A stretch of DNA of 53,349 nt from Bacteroidales bacterium (GTDB taxonomy: Bacteria; Bacteroidota; Bacteroidia; Bacteroidales; UBA1402). Location: assembly GCA_017958305.1 (NCBI GenBank), contig JAGDCW010000053.1, forward strand, positions 1 to 53,349. The letters are read 5' to 3'. Shown here piece after piece: positions 8,305 to 16,552 of this stretch; within the stretch, counting starts at the first letter, position 1; the number at the start of each line of letters is the position of its first letter. The translations under genes were made by a program, and so were the position numbers. The notes beneath the pieces are model-generated. The model was given only the letters and a program-made list of their open reading frames with translations. It had not been told where the DNA came from and searched no databases.

Positions 8305-9786
8305 ATGAACAACAAACTGACAGCGGGGCTTCTTTTGAGCCTGATAAGCTTTGGTCTCCAGGCGGAGATCTATTACCTGGATATAGACAAGAGTATAGAG
8401 ATAGCCCGCGAGAAGAGCTACAGCATGCTCAGCCACAAGCAGGACATCATCATCACGGAAAGCAACATGAAGGCCACGACGGCCGGCCTCAAGACCCATG
8501 TCGATCTGGACTTCACCTTGCCGCAATACACCGAGACGATCCGCTCGTTCGAGGACACCTCCGGTCTGACCTATTATCCGGTGCGTCAGTTGAACTACAG
8601 CGGCCGGCTCAACGTCAACCAGCCCCTGATCACCGACGGTCGCCTGTATCTGACCGGTACGCTGAACAACACGGACGATATCTACAACTCCAAGCGCTTG
8701 ATGAACCTGAACACCCGGATAGGTTTCTCCCAGCCCCTGAACGCTTTTTACGGCTACAACAACGTCCGTTCCTCGATGCGCCAGGCCAAACTCAACTACG
8801 AGCAGAGCCAGAAGCGCCTGAAACGCGAGGAACTGAACATGGTTTACAACGTGATGAGCTCGTTCTACAACCTTTTGCAGGTGCAGAAGAGCATGGCCCT
8901 CTCGGCTTCCAACCTGGAGCGCCAGAACGAAGCCTATGAACTGGCCCGCAACAAATATGCCGCCGGCCTGATCAAGGAAGTGGATGTGTTGCAGATGGAG
9001 GTCGATCTGGCCGAAGCACGCAACAACTACGACATCGCGCTGATCAACCAGGCTTCCGTCGCCAACAATTTCAAGGAGCTCATCGGTCTGGACATCCGCG
9101 ACAGTGTCGTGCTGGACATGAACATGGACTACAAGATCGTGATGGTGGACATGAACAAGGCGGTGGAACTGGCCATGAAGAACCGACTGGAAATCCGTGA
9201 GCAGGAAATCCAGGTCGAACTGAGCAAGATGTCGATCAAGCGCACGAAAGCCAATGGCCTGCCTTCGGCCAGTCTGACGGCCTATTTCGAAAAGTCGGGT
9301 ATCAGCGAAATGGTGCGTGACAACGAGATCGGTGCCTCCATCAAACGTGCCACGACCGACTACATGGGCCGTCCGCACAACTACGGTGTCGGCCTGACCG
9401 TGTCGGTGCCCGTGGTGGACTTCGGCGAGAACCGCGCCCAGGTGCGTTCGGCCAAGGCCAGTCTGCAGAAGACGCTCTACCAGCAGGAAGTGGTGCGTCG
9501 CAATATCGAAAGCGAGGTGCGCAACCTGGTGACCGATGTCAACAGCAGCATCAAGCGTCTGCAGCTGCTTGAGAAGAACATCGAGATAGCCGAAAAGAGC
9601 TTTGAGATCACGCGTGCCCGCTATGCCGACGGCGATGTGGACAGCCAGACGCTGGCCCTCGAACGCGACCGTCTGAACAATGCCTACACATCGCACCTGC
9701 AGGCCTACATCAACTACCAGTTGAAGTTGGCCGACCTGATGCGCAACACTTTCTACGATTTCGTCAACGGGGTCGAAATAGAGTAG
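8305..9786 (+). CDS. TolC-family outer membrane efflux protein
   Basis: Signal peptide, followed by two repeats of the OEP pattern (e.g. ARNKYAAGLIKEVDVLQMEVDLAEARNNY and TRARYADGDVDSQTLALERDRLNNAYTSHLQA). It is the last gene of the tightly spaced operon. Confidence 0.9.
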   Translation: MNNKLTAGLLLSLISFGLQAEIYYLDIDKSIEIAREKSYSMLSHKQDIIITESNMKATTAGLKTHVDLDFTLPQYTETIRSFEDTSGLTYYPVRQLNYSGRLNVNQPLITDGRLYLTGTLNNTDDIYNSKRLMNLNTRIGFSQPLNAFYGYNNVRSSMRQAKLNYEQSQKRLKREELNMVYNVMSSFYNLLQVQKSMALSASNLERQNEAYELARNKYAAGLIKEVDVLQMEVDLAEARNNYDIALINQASVANNFKELIGLDIRDSVVLDMNMDYKIVMVDMNKAVELAMKNRLEIREQEIQVELSKMSIKRTKANGLPSASLTAYFEKSGISEMVRDNEIGASIKRATTDYMGRPHNYGVGLTVSVPVVDFGENRAQVRSAKASLQKTLYQQEVVRRNIESEVRNLVTDVNSSIKRLQLLEKNIEIAEKSFEITRARYADGDVDSQTLALERDRLNNAYTSHLQAYINYQLKLADLMRNTFYDFVNGVEIE

Positions 9787-9807
9787 CGTCTGTAGCGCCG
9801 GTTTTTT

Positions 9808-10746
9808 TTACAACCAACGTCTCTTTTTGAATATCAGGAGGATGACTCCTGAGAAGACGAACATCATGCCCAGGGATATCCAGAACCCTGCGGGATGGTG
9901 CAGGAAAGGCATGTCCACGAAGTTCTGGCCGTAGATGCTGGCGATCAACGTGGGCGGCATGAAGATGACCGACACGATGGTGAAGATTTTGATGATCTTG
10001 TTCTGATCGATGTTGACCAGACCGAGGAAGGTGTCCTGCAGGTAGTCGAGCCGTTCGAAACTGAAACGGGTGTGGTCGATCAGGGAGTTCAAGTCGCGCA
10101 GGATGATGGACAGCTTGGTGGTGAGTTCCTGGGGCATCAGCTCGCTCTTGAGCAGGTTGGAAATGGAACGCTGCTTTTCGATGATGTTCTGCCGGATGGC
10201 CAGGCTCTGTTCCTGCAATTCGGTGATTTCCATCAGAACGTCCTCGTCGGCCTCGCGGATGGTATCGCTCAAGTGGGCAATCTTGTCGATGATATCCTCG
10301 ATCATGTCGGCGTCGCGTTCCACCCTCGACTCCAGGATGGCCACCATCACGTGGAAACCGGTGGGGTAGTTGCGCGGACTGGTCGTGATGCGCTTGGCCG
10401 CTTCGGCCAGTGTGGGCAGGCTCTCGTTGTGGACGGTGACCAGTATGTCGTTTTTCAGGATGAAAGACAGGGTTTCCAGCTCGTAGTCGGGCAACAGGAA
10501 ATTGGAGTTGACCACCAGCGTGTCGGAGGTCTCGATGTAGCGGGAACTCATCTCGATCTCTTCCATTTCCTCTTCTTCCTGGATGTAGATCTTCAGGAAA
10601 TCCTCCAGCTGGTCCTCTATTTCGTCGGCCACGTCGTTGAGGTCTATCCAAAGGAACTTTTCACGGGGGGTCTCCTTGAGAAAGTCCAGACTGCGGCTCT
10701 GTTTGATTCTTCCGTTCTCGTGATAAAAAAGTTTGATTTCGCCCAT
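9808..10746 (-). CDS. corA: CorA-family divalent cation transporter with a GQN motif in place of the canonical GMN
   Basis: CorA-like cytoplasmic domain plus two C-terminal TM helices. The motif is FMPPTLIASIYGQNFVDMPFL, and I verified the Gln codon CAG at 9925-9927 on the minus strand. Confidence 0.85.
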   Translation of the reverse strand: MGEIKLFYHENGRIKQSRSLDFLKETPREKFLWIDLNDVADEIEDQLEDFLKIYIQEEEEMEEIEMSSRYIETSDTLVVNSNFLLPDYELETLSFILKNDILVTVHNESLPTLAEAAKRITTSPRNYPTGFHVMVAILESRVERDADMIEDIIDKIAHLSDTIREADEDVLMEITELQEQSLAIRQNIIEKQRSISNLLKSELMPQELTTKLSIILRDLNSLIDHTRFSFERLDYLQDTFLGLVNIDQNKIIKIFTIVSVIFMPPTLIASIYGQNFVDMPFLHHPAGFWISLGMMFVFSGVILLIFKKRRWL

Positions 10747-10780
10747 GATCTTTACATTTTACGGCATTGCTGCCAACGGA

Positions 10781-11572
10781 TTAATGTTGCTGGTTCATTG
10801 TCTGGTCAACCATGCGGGTCAGAAGGATGAACTGCTCCACATCGAGCTGTTCGGGACGTTTGTCGAAGATGGCTTCCGAGTAAATGCCGGCGTCTTTGCC
10901 CAACAGGGGTTTGAGTGAGTTCCTCAGGGTTTTGCGCCGTTGGTTGAAGGCGGTCTTGACAACCTGCTTGAACAGCGTGGGGGAACAGCCGAGATCCTGC
11001 CGCTGGTTGCGGGTGAGCCGGATGACGGCCGACTTGACCTTTGGCGGAGGCTCAAAGACATGTTCGTCCACGGTAAACAGGTATTCAATATCGTACCAGG
11101 TCTGCAAAAGCACGCTCAGTATGCCGTAGGCTTTCTTGCCGGCGGGAGAGGCGATGCGGGCAGCCACTTCTTTCTGGATCATGCCGGCGCAGACAGGGAT
11201 CTGGTCCTTGTAGTCGAGCAGCCGGAAAAATATCTGCGAGGAGATGCAGTAGGGATAATTGCCGATGAGCACAAACTCCCGGCCCGGCCAGATGCAGGCC
11301 AGATCGATCTTGAGAAAGTCGTCTGCGATGATCTTTCCTTCCAGGTCGGGGAAGTTGGCCTGGAGGTATTCGACCGATTCACGGTCTATTTCCACCACCT
11401 TGAGGTCGTGGCCGGTATCGAGCAAAAAACGCGTAAGTACCCCCATGCCCGGACCGATTTCCAGTACAGGCATGCCTACACAGGCATCAATCGTGCCAGC
11501 GATGCGCCGGGCGACAGACAGATCCTTGAGGAAGTGCTGTCCTAATGCTTTCTTGGGTTTTACACTCGTCAT
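10781..11572 (-). CDS. rsmA: 16S rRNA (adenine1518/1519-N6)-dimethyltransferase
   Basis: KKALGQHFLKD N-terminus, SAM motif VLEIGPGMGVLT, NYPY-type motif (IGNYPYCISSQI), and C-terminal FNQRRKTLRNSL. Confidence 0.95.
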   Translation of the reverse strand: MTSVKPKKALGQHFLKDLSVARRIAGTIDACVGMPVLEIGPGMGVLTRFLLDTGHDLKVVEIDRESVEYLQANFPDLEGKIIADDFLKIDLACIWPGREFVLIGNYPYCISSQIFFRLLDYKDQIPVCAGMIQKEVAARIASPAGKKAYGILSVLLQTWYDIEYLFTVDEHVFEPPPKVKSAVIRLTRNQRQDLGCSPTLFKQVVKTAFNQRRKTLRNSLKPLLGKDAGIYSEAIFDKRPEQLDVEQFILLTRMVDQTMNQQH

Positions 11573-11627
11573 CCACGGCGGTAGGGGAAAAGTTAGACAT
11601 TAAGATGGGGCAACCACAAATTTTGTG

Positions 11628-11635
11628 TATTTTTG
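11628..11635 (+). promoter_or_regulatory. -7 box TATTTTTG for the flippase-like gene
   Basis: Exact TAnnTTTG, 41 nt upstream of the ATG at 11676. Confidence 0.5.
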
Positions 11636-11644
11636 CCGGCGCGA

Positions 11645-11652
11645 CAAAAGTA
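11645..11652 (-). promoter_or_regulatory. -7 box TACTTTTG (minus strand) for rsmA-corA
   Basis: The plus strand reads CAAAAGTA, which is TACTTTTG on the minus strand. This is an exact TAnnTTTG, 73 nt upstream of the rsmA ATG (11572). Confidence 0.4.
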
Positions 11653-11675
11653 CGCATATTAATTGAAAAATCTTC

Positions 11676-12659
11676 ATGGATAGGATAAAAAAGATTCTCC
11701 GCTGGCTCGTACCGCTTCTTTTGGGAGGGCTGCTCTTTTGGCTGGTCTACCGGAAAATGGACCTGGCCTCCATGCGGGAAATCTTTGCCATGGGGTTGCG
11801 TTTGGAGTGGGTGGCTGTGTATTTCCTGCTCTTCCTATTGCCAATGATTATCAGGGGAATACGCTGGCACCAGCTGCTCGAACCGGTGTGCCCGGGCGGC
11901 AGGGTCAAGACCGCTGTCCTGGCTGTCTTTGTCGCCTACGGCGCCAACCTGCTCTTTCCCCGCATCGGCGAAGTGGCCCGTTGCGGACTGTTGAAAAAAC
12001 ACGACGGCCTGTCTTTCTCCCGCAGCCTGGGCACAGTGGTCACCGAACGTGTTTTCGATATCATCTGCCTGGTGTTGATGGCCTTGGCCGCCATTCTCAG
12101 TCAAATGGATGTCTTCCGTGAGTTCCTTCGCGAGAACCCGGTGACCCCCGACAAATTCATCGCTTTGCTCACCAGTTGGAAGTTGTGGGCCGTTCTTTTG
12201 TTGCTGGCCGCCCTGGTGCTGGTGGCCCGCCGGGCGCTCAAGGGCAGCCGTATCTATCAGAAGGTGCGTGAAACCTTGCGTCAGATGTGGCAGGGCATGA
12301 TCAGCGTCAAAACCCTGCGTCACCCCTGGCTGTTCATCTTCTGGACACTCTGCATCTGGACCTTCTATTTCCTGTCCTTCTACGTGGGCCAGTATTTCTT
12401 CCATCTGCCTTTCGCCCTCAGCGTCATGGCCATGTTCACCGCCCACATCATGGGCAGTTTCGGCATCGTCGCCCCTGTGCAGGGGGGGATCGGCGCCTGG
12501 CATTTCATGGTCATCTATACGCTGGTCTTCTACGGCATTCCCGAGGCGCAAGCCGGCAGTTTCGCCCTGGTGGTGCACGGTTTGAACCTTGTTTTGACGG
12601 CGGTATGCGGCCTGCTGGCCTGGCTGTGGCTGTCGTTGGCCGACCGTCGCAACGCCTGA
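11676..12659 (+). CDS. Lysylphosphatidylglycerol-synthase-TM-region-like (flippase-like, UPF0104) integral membrane protein
   Basis: Polytopic membrane protein with about 8 hydrophobic segments. The WHQLL, YGANLLFPRIGEVARC and TERVFD patterns are typical of this family. Confidence 0.75.
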   Translation: MDRIKKILRWLVPLLLGGLLFWLVYRKMDLASMREIFAMGLRLEWVAVYFLLFLLPMIIRGIRWHQLLEPVCPGGRVKTAVLAVFVAYGANLLFPRIGEVARCGLLKKHDGLSFSRSLGTVVTERVFDIICLVLMALAAILSQMDVFREFLRENPVTPDKFIALLTSWKLWAVLLLLAALVLVARRALKGSRIYQKVRETLRQMWQGMISVKTLRHPWLFIFWTLCIWTFYFLSFYVGQYFFHLPFALSVMAMFTAHIMGSFGIVAPVQGGIGAWHFMVIYTLVFYGIPEAQAGSFALVVHGLNLVLTAVCGLLAWLWLSLADRRNA

Positions 12660-12780
12660 TTTCCTCGTTTTCAATCCTTTTTTTGCCAAAAATCAGGGTG
12701 TTTCTTTGTTATCCCGAATATTTTGGTTTTATTTGCAACAATCTTGATGACAAAAAGTACAACAGACTTAATTAACAACT

Positions 12781-14547
12781 ATGGAAACTAACGAAACCGC
12801 CAAGCTGCAAGAAACTGCCCTGGAGGAATCTGTTGAAAATGTAGCCCCCGTGGAAACGGCGGCCGATTTTATCGATTACCTTAAGAACCTGATTGACTCT
12901 GAAAACCCGAACAAAGAAAAGGTAGAGGCCATCAAGACGGCTTTCTACAAGCACCAGAAGCAAGAGATTGAACTGGCCCGCAAGATGTTTGCCGAAGCCG
13001 GCAACGCCGTGGAAGAGTTCAATATGGAGCCTTACAATGCCTTGGAAACCGAATTCAAGTCCATCATGAACCTGTGGAGGGAAAAACGTGCCGAACAGCT
13101 CAGTATGCTGGAGAAGGAACGCCAGGACAACCTGGACAAGAAAAACCGGATCATCGATGCCATCCACAGCCTGAACGAGAATACGGAGGATATCCACAAA
13201 AGCCTGGCCGAGGTACGCCGTCTGCAACAGGAATGGAAGGAGACCGGCCCTGTGGCCCAGGAACATGTCAATACCCTGTGGAAGCGTTATCAGACCGAGG
13301 TGGAGAACTTCTACGACCAGCTTCGTCTCTACAACGAGTTCCGCGATTACGACAGCAAGAAGAATCTCGAGCTGCAGACTTCCCTTTGCGAGGCCGCCGA
13401 AAAGCTCAACGAGGAAGGTGATGTCGTGGTGGCTTTCCGCAAACTGCAGGAGCTGCACGAGCAGTGGCGCGAGATAGGTCCTGTGGCCAAGGAAGTGCGC
13501 GAAGAACTCTGGCAGCGTTTCAAGAACGCCTCGACCGAGATCAACAAAAAGTACCAGCAGTTCTTCGAGCGGCTCAAGGATCTTGAAAACGAGAACCTGG
13601 CCCAGAAGACCGAAATCTGCGAGAAACTCGAGGCCATCGACCTGGCTGGTCTGGACACCTTCAAGGCTTGGGAAAAGAAAACCAACGAGGTGATCGAACT
13701 GCAGGAACGTTGGAAAACCATCGGTTTCGCTCCCAAGAAACTGAACACCAAAGTGTTTGAGCGCTATCGTGCCGCCTGCGACAAGTTCTTCGAGGCCAAG
13801 AGCGTGTTCTACAAGGGCATGAAGGAAAAACTCAACGAGAACCTCGAGAAGAAACGGGCCCTCTGCGAGAAAGCCGAGTCCCTGAAAGACAGCACCGCCT
13901 GGAATGCAACGGCCAACCAACTGATCCAGATACAGAAGGAGTGGAAGACCATCGGCCAGGTGCCGCGCAAAGCCTCGGACGCCCTCTGGAAGCGTTTTAT
14001 CACGGCTTGTGACTATTTCTTCGAACAGAAGGAAAAGAACACCTCTTCCCAGAAAGCCGAAGAACAGCAGAACCTGGAAGCCAAGCTGGCCCTGATCGAA
14101 GAAGTTGGGAATTACCAGGAAACCCCCTCGCCCGAAGATGCACCCAAGGTGGTCAAGGACTTCACGGCGCGCTGGAATGCGATCGGATATGTGCCTTTCA
14201 AGGAAAAAGACAAGGTCTATGCCCAGTGGCGTGAAGCCATCGACGCTTTGATGGTGCGCCTCAATGTCGATAAGACCAGCAGGCGCCTGAGCAGCTTCCA
14301 GAGCAATTTGGAGGAAATCAAGACCAAGGGAGCCGGCAAGGTGGTGCACGAACGCGACCGGCTGATGCGCCAGTACGAATCCATCTGCAACGAAATCAAG
14401 ACTTGCGAGAACAACATCGGCTTCTTCACCATGTCTTCAAAATCGACCGGTTCCTCCTTGCTCAAGGAAATGAACCGCAACATCGAAAAACTGAAGGAGG
14501 AGCGCGACATCCTCTTCAAGAAAATCCAGATGATCGACGAAAACTGA
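12781..14547 (+). CDS. DUF349 domain-containing protein
   Basis: At least five copies of the DUF349 repeat signature, spaced about 75 aa apart: EWKETGPVAQEHVNTLWKRY, QWREIGPVAKEVREELWQRF, RWKTIGFAPKKLNTKVFERY, EWKTIGQVPRKASDALWKRF and RWNAIGYVPFKEKDKVYAQW. Confidence 0.85.
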   Translation: METNETAKLQETALEESVENVAPVETAADFIDYLKNLIDSENPNKEKVEAIKTAFYKHQKQEIELARKMFAEAGNAVEEFNMEPYNALETEFKSIMNLWREKRAEQLSMLEKERQDNLDKKNRIIDAIHSLNENTEDIHKSLAEVRRLQQEWKETGPVAQEHVNTLWKRYQTEVENFYDQLRLYNEFRDYDSKKNLELQTSLCEAAEKLNEEGDVVVAFRKLQELHEQWREIGPVAKEVREELWQRFKNASTEINKKYQQFFERLKDLENENLAQKTEICEKLEAIDLAGLDTFKAWEKKTNEVIELQERWKTIGFAPKKLNTKVFERYRAACDKFFEAKSVFYKGMKEKLNENLEKKRALCEKAESLKDSTAWNATANQLIQIQKEWKTIGQVPRKASDALWKRFITACDYFFEQKEKNTSSQKAEEQQNLEAKLALIEEVGNYQETPSPEDAPKVVKDFTARWNAIGYVPFKEKDKVYAQWREAIDALMVRLNVDKTSRRLSSFQSNLEEIKTKGAGKVVHERDRLMRQYESICNEIKTCENNIGFFTMSSKSTGSSLLKEMNRNIEKLKEERDILFKKIQMIDEN

Positions 14548-14567
14548 GGTGATAATCTATAACAAAT

Positions 14568-14611
14568 CTCCCCTGAATCTTCCGTAAAGGAACATTCAGG
14601 GGAGTTTTTTT
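14568..14611 (+). terminator. Rho-independent terminator after the DUF349 gene
   Basis: Perfect 11-bp stem, CTCCCCTGAAT (14568-14578) with ATTCAGGGGAG (14594-14604), a 15-nt loop, then T7 (14605-14611). It lies 21 nt after the stop codon, between convergent genes. Confidence 0.8.
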
Positions 14612-14658
14612 ATGTCCGTTGACGTCTCGGGCCGTAGCCTGTGCGGGCAAGGGGGTGA

Positions 14659-15201
14659 CTACATGTTCAGTTGCTTGGTGATGTCGGCGGCCACGATGGC
14701 ATTGCCAAGGTATTCAAGCACTTTGAGCGCAAACTGCTGGGCATGGCCCGGTCCGTCGCCCGTGATGAGGTTGCGGTCGCGGATGGCCGGACGACGCGAA
14801 ATTTTGGCATCATAGAGGCTTTCTTCGCAACCGGGATAGCAAGTGACTTTCCTGCCTTTGAGCAAGCCCAGCTCTCCCAGGATGGTGGGAGCGGCGCAGA
14901 TGGCGGCCACGGTCTTGTTCTCGTCCTTGAGGAAGGTCATGAGCAGCATCTTCAAGCCTTCATGCATTTTGAGATTCTCTGTTCCGGGCATTCCGCCGGG
15001 AAGGATCAGGGCATCGGTCGCCTTGATGTCGATCTCATTGAACAGCATGTCCGCGATGACGGGAATGTTGTGCGATCCGTACACGGTATTCTGGTCCGTG
15101 ATGGATACGGTGCGGACGTCCAAATCGGCTCTGCGCAGAATATCCACGACAGAGATGGCTTCCATTTCCTCGAAGCCTTGGGCTAAAAATACTAGTATCA
15201 T
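14659..15201 (-). CDS. DJ-1/PfpI (ThiJ/YajL-like) family protein
   Basis: MILVFLAQGFEEMEAI start, LILPGG, and the nucleophile-elbow Cys in VAAICAAPTILG. Confidence 0.9.
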   Translation of the reverse strand: MILVFLAQGFEEMEAISVVDILRRADLDVRTVSITDQNTVYGSHNIPVIADMLFNEIDIKATDALILPGGMPGTENLKMHEGLKMLLMTFLKDENKTVAAICAAPTILGELGLLKGRKVTCYPGCEESLYDAKISRRPAIRDRNLITGDGPGHAQQFALKVLEYLGNAIVAADITKQLNM

Positions 15202-15255
15202 ATCGTTTAGGTTTAAGAAATTACTCTTTCTCCATATATATGTTGTTGATGATCT

Positions 15256-16104
15256 CTATCTGAGGGTGAAGAAGTAGGTGATAAAACCATACTGGGGCTG
15301 ACCGCTTCCGTTGATGGCATTTAACTTGGCCTGGCGGGCGGCTTGCACGGCGGCTTTTCTCATTTCCGCATTGTCGGTGTTGGTGGTGGCACCGCCTCCG
15401 GGGACGGATCCGACATGAACCTCGCTCGAAATGACATTACCCTGGTCATCCACTCCGATACGTACCACCACGATGCCTTCTGCATTGCGTGTATCGTTTC
15501 TGGGGCGGGGCAGACTGCCTATCAGGCCACGGCCTTCCAGTGAGAAATTGCCATAGCCGGAACCTTGACTGCTATAATTTTGCGACTCGGGATGGCCTTC
15601 CGTCTGGCCCTGGTTGCCGGCGGGCGTTTCGCCCTCTCCCTGATGGTCGCTCTCGGAACCTTCCGACTGCCCGAACAAGTTGCGGGCCAGTTGTTGGGTC
15701 TCGGCGGCCCGGCGTTCCTGCTCCTGGCGGATGCGCTCCTGCTCGGCCCGTTGCTGTTCTTCCAGCCGGCGTTGCTCTTCCAGGCGACGGGCTTCCTGCT
15801 CGGCCTGGCGACGGGCTTCGGCCATCAGATCGACCGATTCGTCGTCCTGGGTGATCAGTTCTTCCTGGGCGGGCGTCTGGGTGGTCACAGGCGGGGTGGA
15901 GGGAGTGGGGTTGCTTTGTTCGCTCTGCTGCTCGGCATAGGGCTCGAACATGCCCGACGACAGATCGACATTGCCGAAGTTGACCGTCAGGCCTTCCTCG
16001 CTGTCGGGCACGGTGGCGGAGATTCCGAAAAGAATCAGAAAGCCCGTCAGCAACCCGATGATGATTGCTGTCACGATGACTGAGATGATTTCATTACGGT
16101 TCAT
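15256..16104 (-). CDS. tonB: Energy transducer TonB-family protein
   Basis: Start at MNRNEIISVIVTAIIIGLLTGFLILFG (a single N-terminal TM helix). It has a charged E/Q/R-rich linker and a C-terminal TonB_C-like fold (GIVVVRIGVDDQGNVISSEV...YGFITYFFTL). It lies directly downstream of exbB-exbD. Confidence 0.8.
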   Translation of the reverse strand: MNRNEIISVIVTAIIIGLLTGFLILFGISATVPDSEEGLTVNFGNVDLSSGMFEPYAEQQSEQSNPTPSTPPVTTQTPAQEELITQDDESVDLMAEARRQAEQEARRLEEQRRLEEQQRAEQERIRQEQERRAAETQQLARNLFGQSEGSESDHQGEGETPAGNQGQTEGHPESQNYSSQGSGYGNFSLEGRGLIGSLPRPRNDTRNAEGIVVVRIGVDDQGNVISSEVHVGSVPGGGATTNTDNAEMRKAAVQAARQAKLNAINGSGQPQYGFITYFFTLR

Positions 16105-16129
16105 GCCACTTGTCGCTTGGGTCCCATCA

Positions 16130-16540
16130 TTATTTTTCCGGCCGGGTGGCCAGCACCAACTTGAAATGGTTGGCATTGCAAATGTTCAGTACGCGCACCA
16201 GTTCCCGATAGGAGATACTTTCGTCGGCATAGAGCGCCACGTACATTTCAGGCTCCTGGGCGATGCGCTCGCGGAGCAGCGTTTCGATATCTTCGAAGGC
16301 CACCGGCTCGTCTTTCTCGTTGCCGAAGGCGATGTAGTAGTTCAGGTCGCGGTCGATGGTCACCCGGGCCAGGGGCTTGGCCGAAGTCTGCTGCTTGCTT
16401 TGGGGCAGCAGGATCTTGATGGCGTTGGGATGCACCACGGTCGAGGTGATCATGAAGAAAATCAGCAACAGGAAGACGATGTCCGTCATGGAGGACATGC
16501 TGAAGGAGGCGTCTATTTTGTTCTGTCTTTTGAGTGCCAT
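16130..16540 (-). CDS. exbD: ExbD/TolR biopolymer transport protein
   Basis: N-terminus IDASFSMSSMTDIVFLLLIFFMITS, followed by a periplasmic domain. The size (136 aa) and position after exbB fit the family. Confidence 0.9.
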   Translation of the reverse strand: MALKRQNKIDASFSMSSMTDIVFLLLIFFMITSTVVHPNAIKILLPQSKQQTSAKPLARVTIDRDLNYYIAFGNEKDEPVAFEDIETLLRERIAQEPEMYVALYADESISYRELVRVLNICNANHFKLVLATRPEK

Positions 16541-16552
16541 GATCGGGCGGAT

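Noticed and set aside
3909-9696. A series of long minus-strand ORFs (3909-5297, 5044-6741, 6320-7120, 7516-8250, 8284-9696) across the efflux operon.
   Set aside because: All are antisense to confidently recognised adaptor, permease, ATPase and TolC genes, and none has a recognisable domain.
9787-9812. Possible terminator after the TolC gene (GCG..CGC, then T8).
   Set aside because: Only a stem of about 3 bp can be drawn, and the T-run alone is not sufficient evidence. It is left unannotated.
13200-14250. Periodic repeated motif that could suggest a repeat array.
   Set aside because: The periodicity is at the protein level only (DUF349 repeats about 75 aa apart). The DNA copies are diverged, and there is no spacer-repeat structure or CRISPR-like unit.
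12772-14349. A 525-aa minus-strand ORF opposite the DUF349 gene.
   Set aside because: Antisense artefact. The plus strand shows the periodic DUF349 repeat signature.
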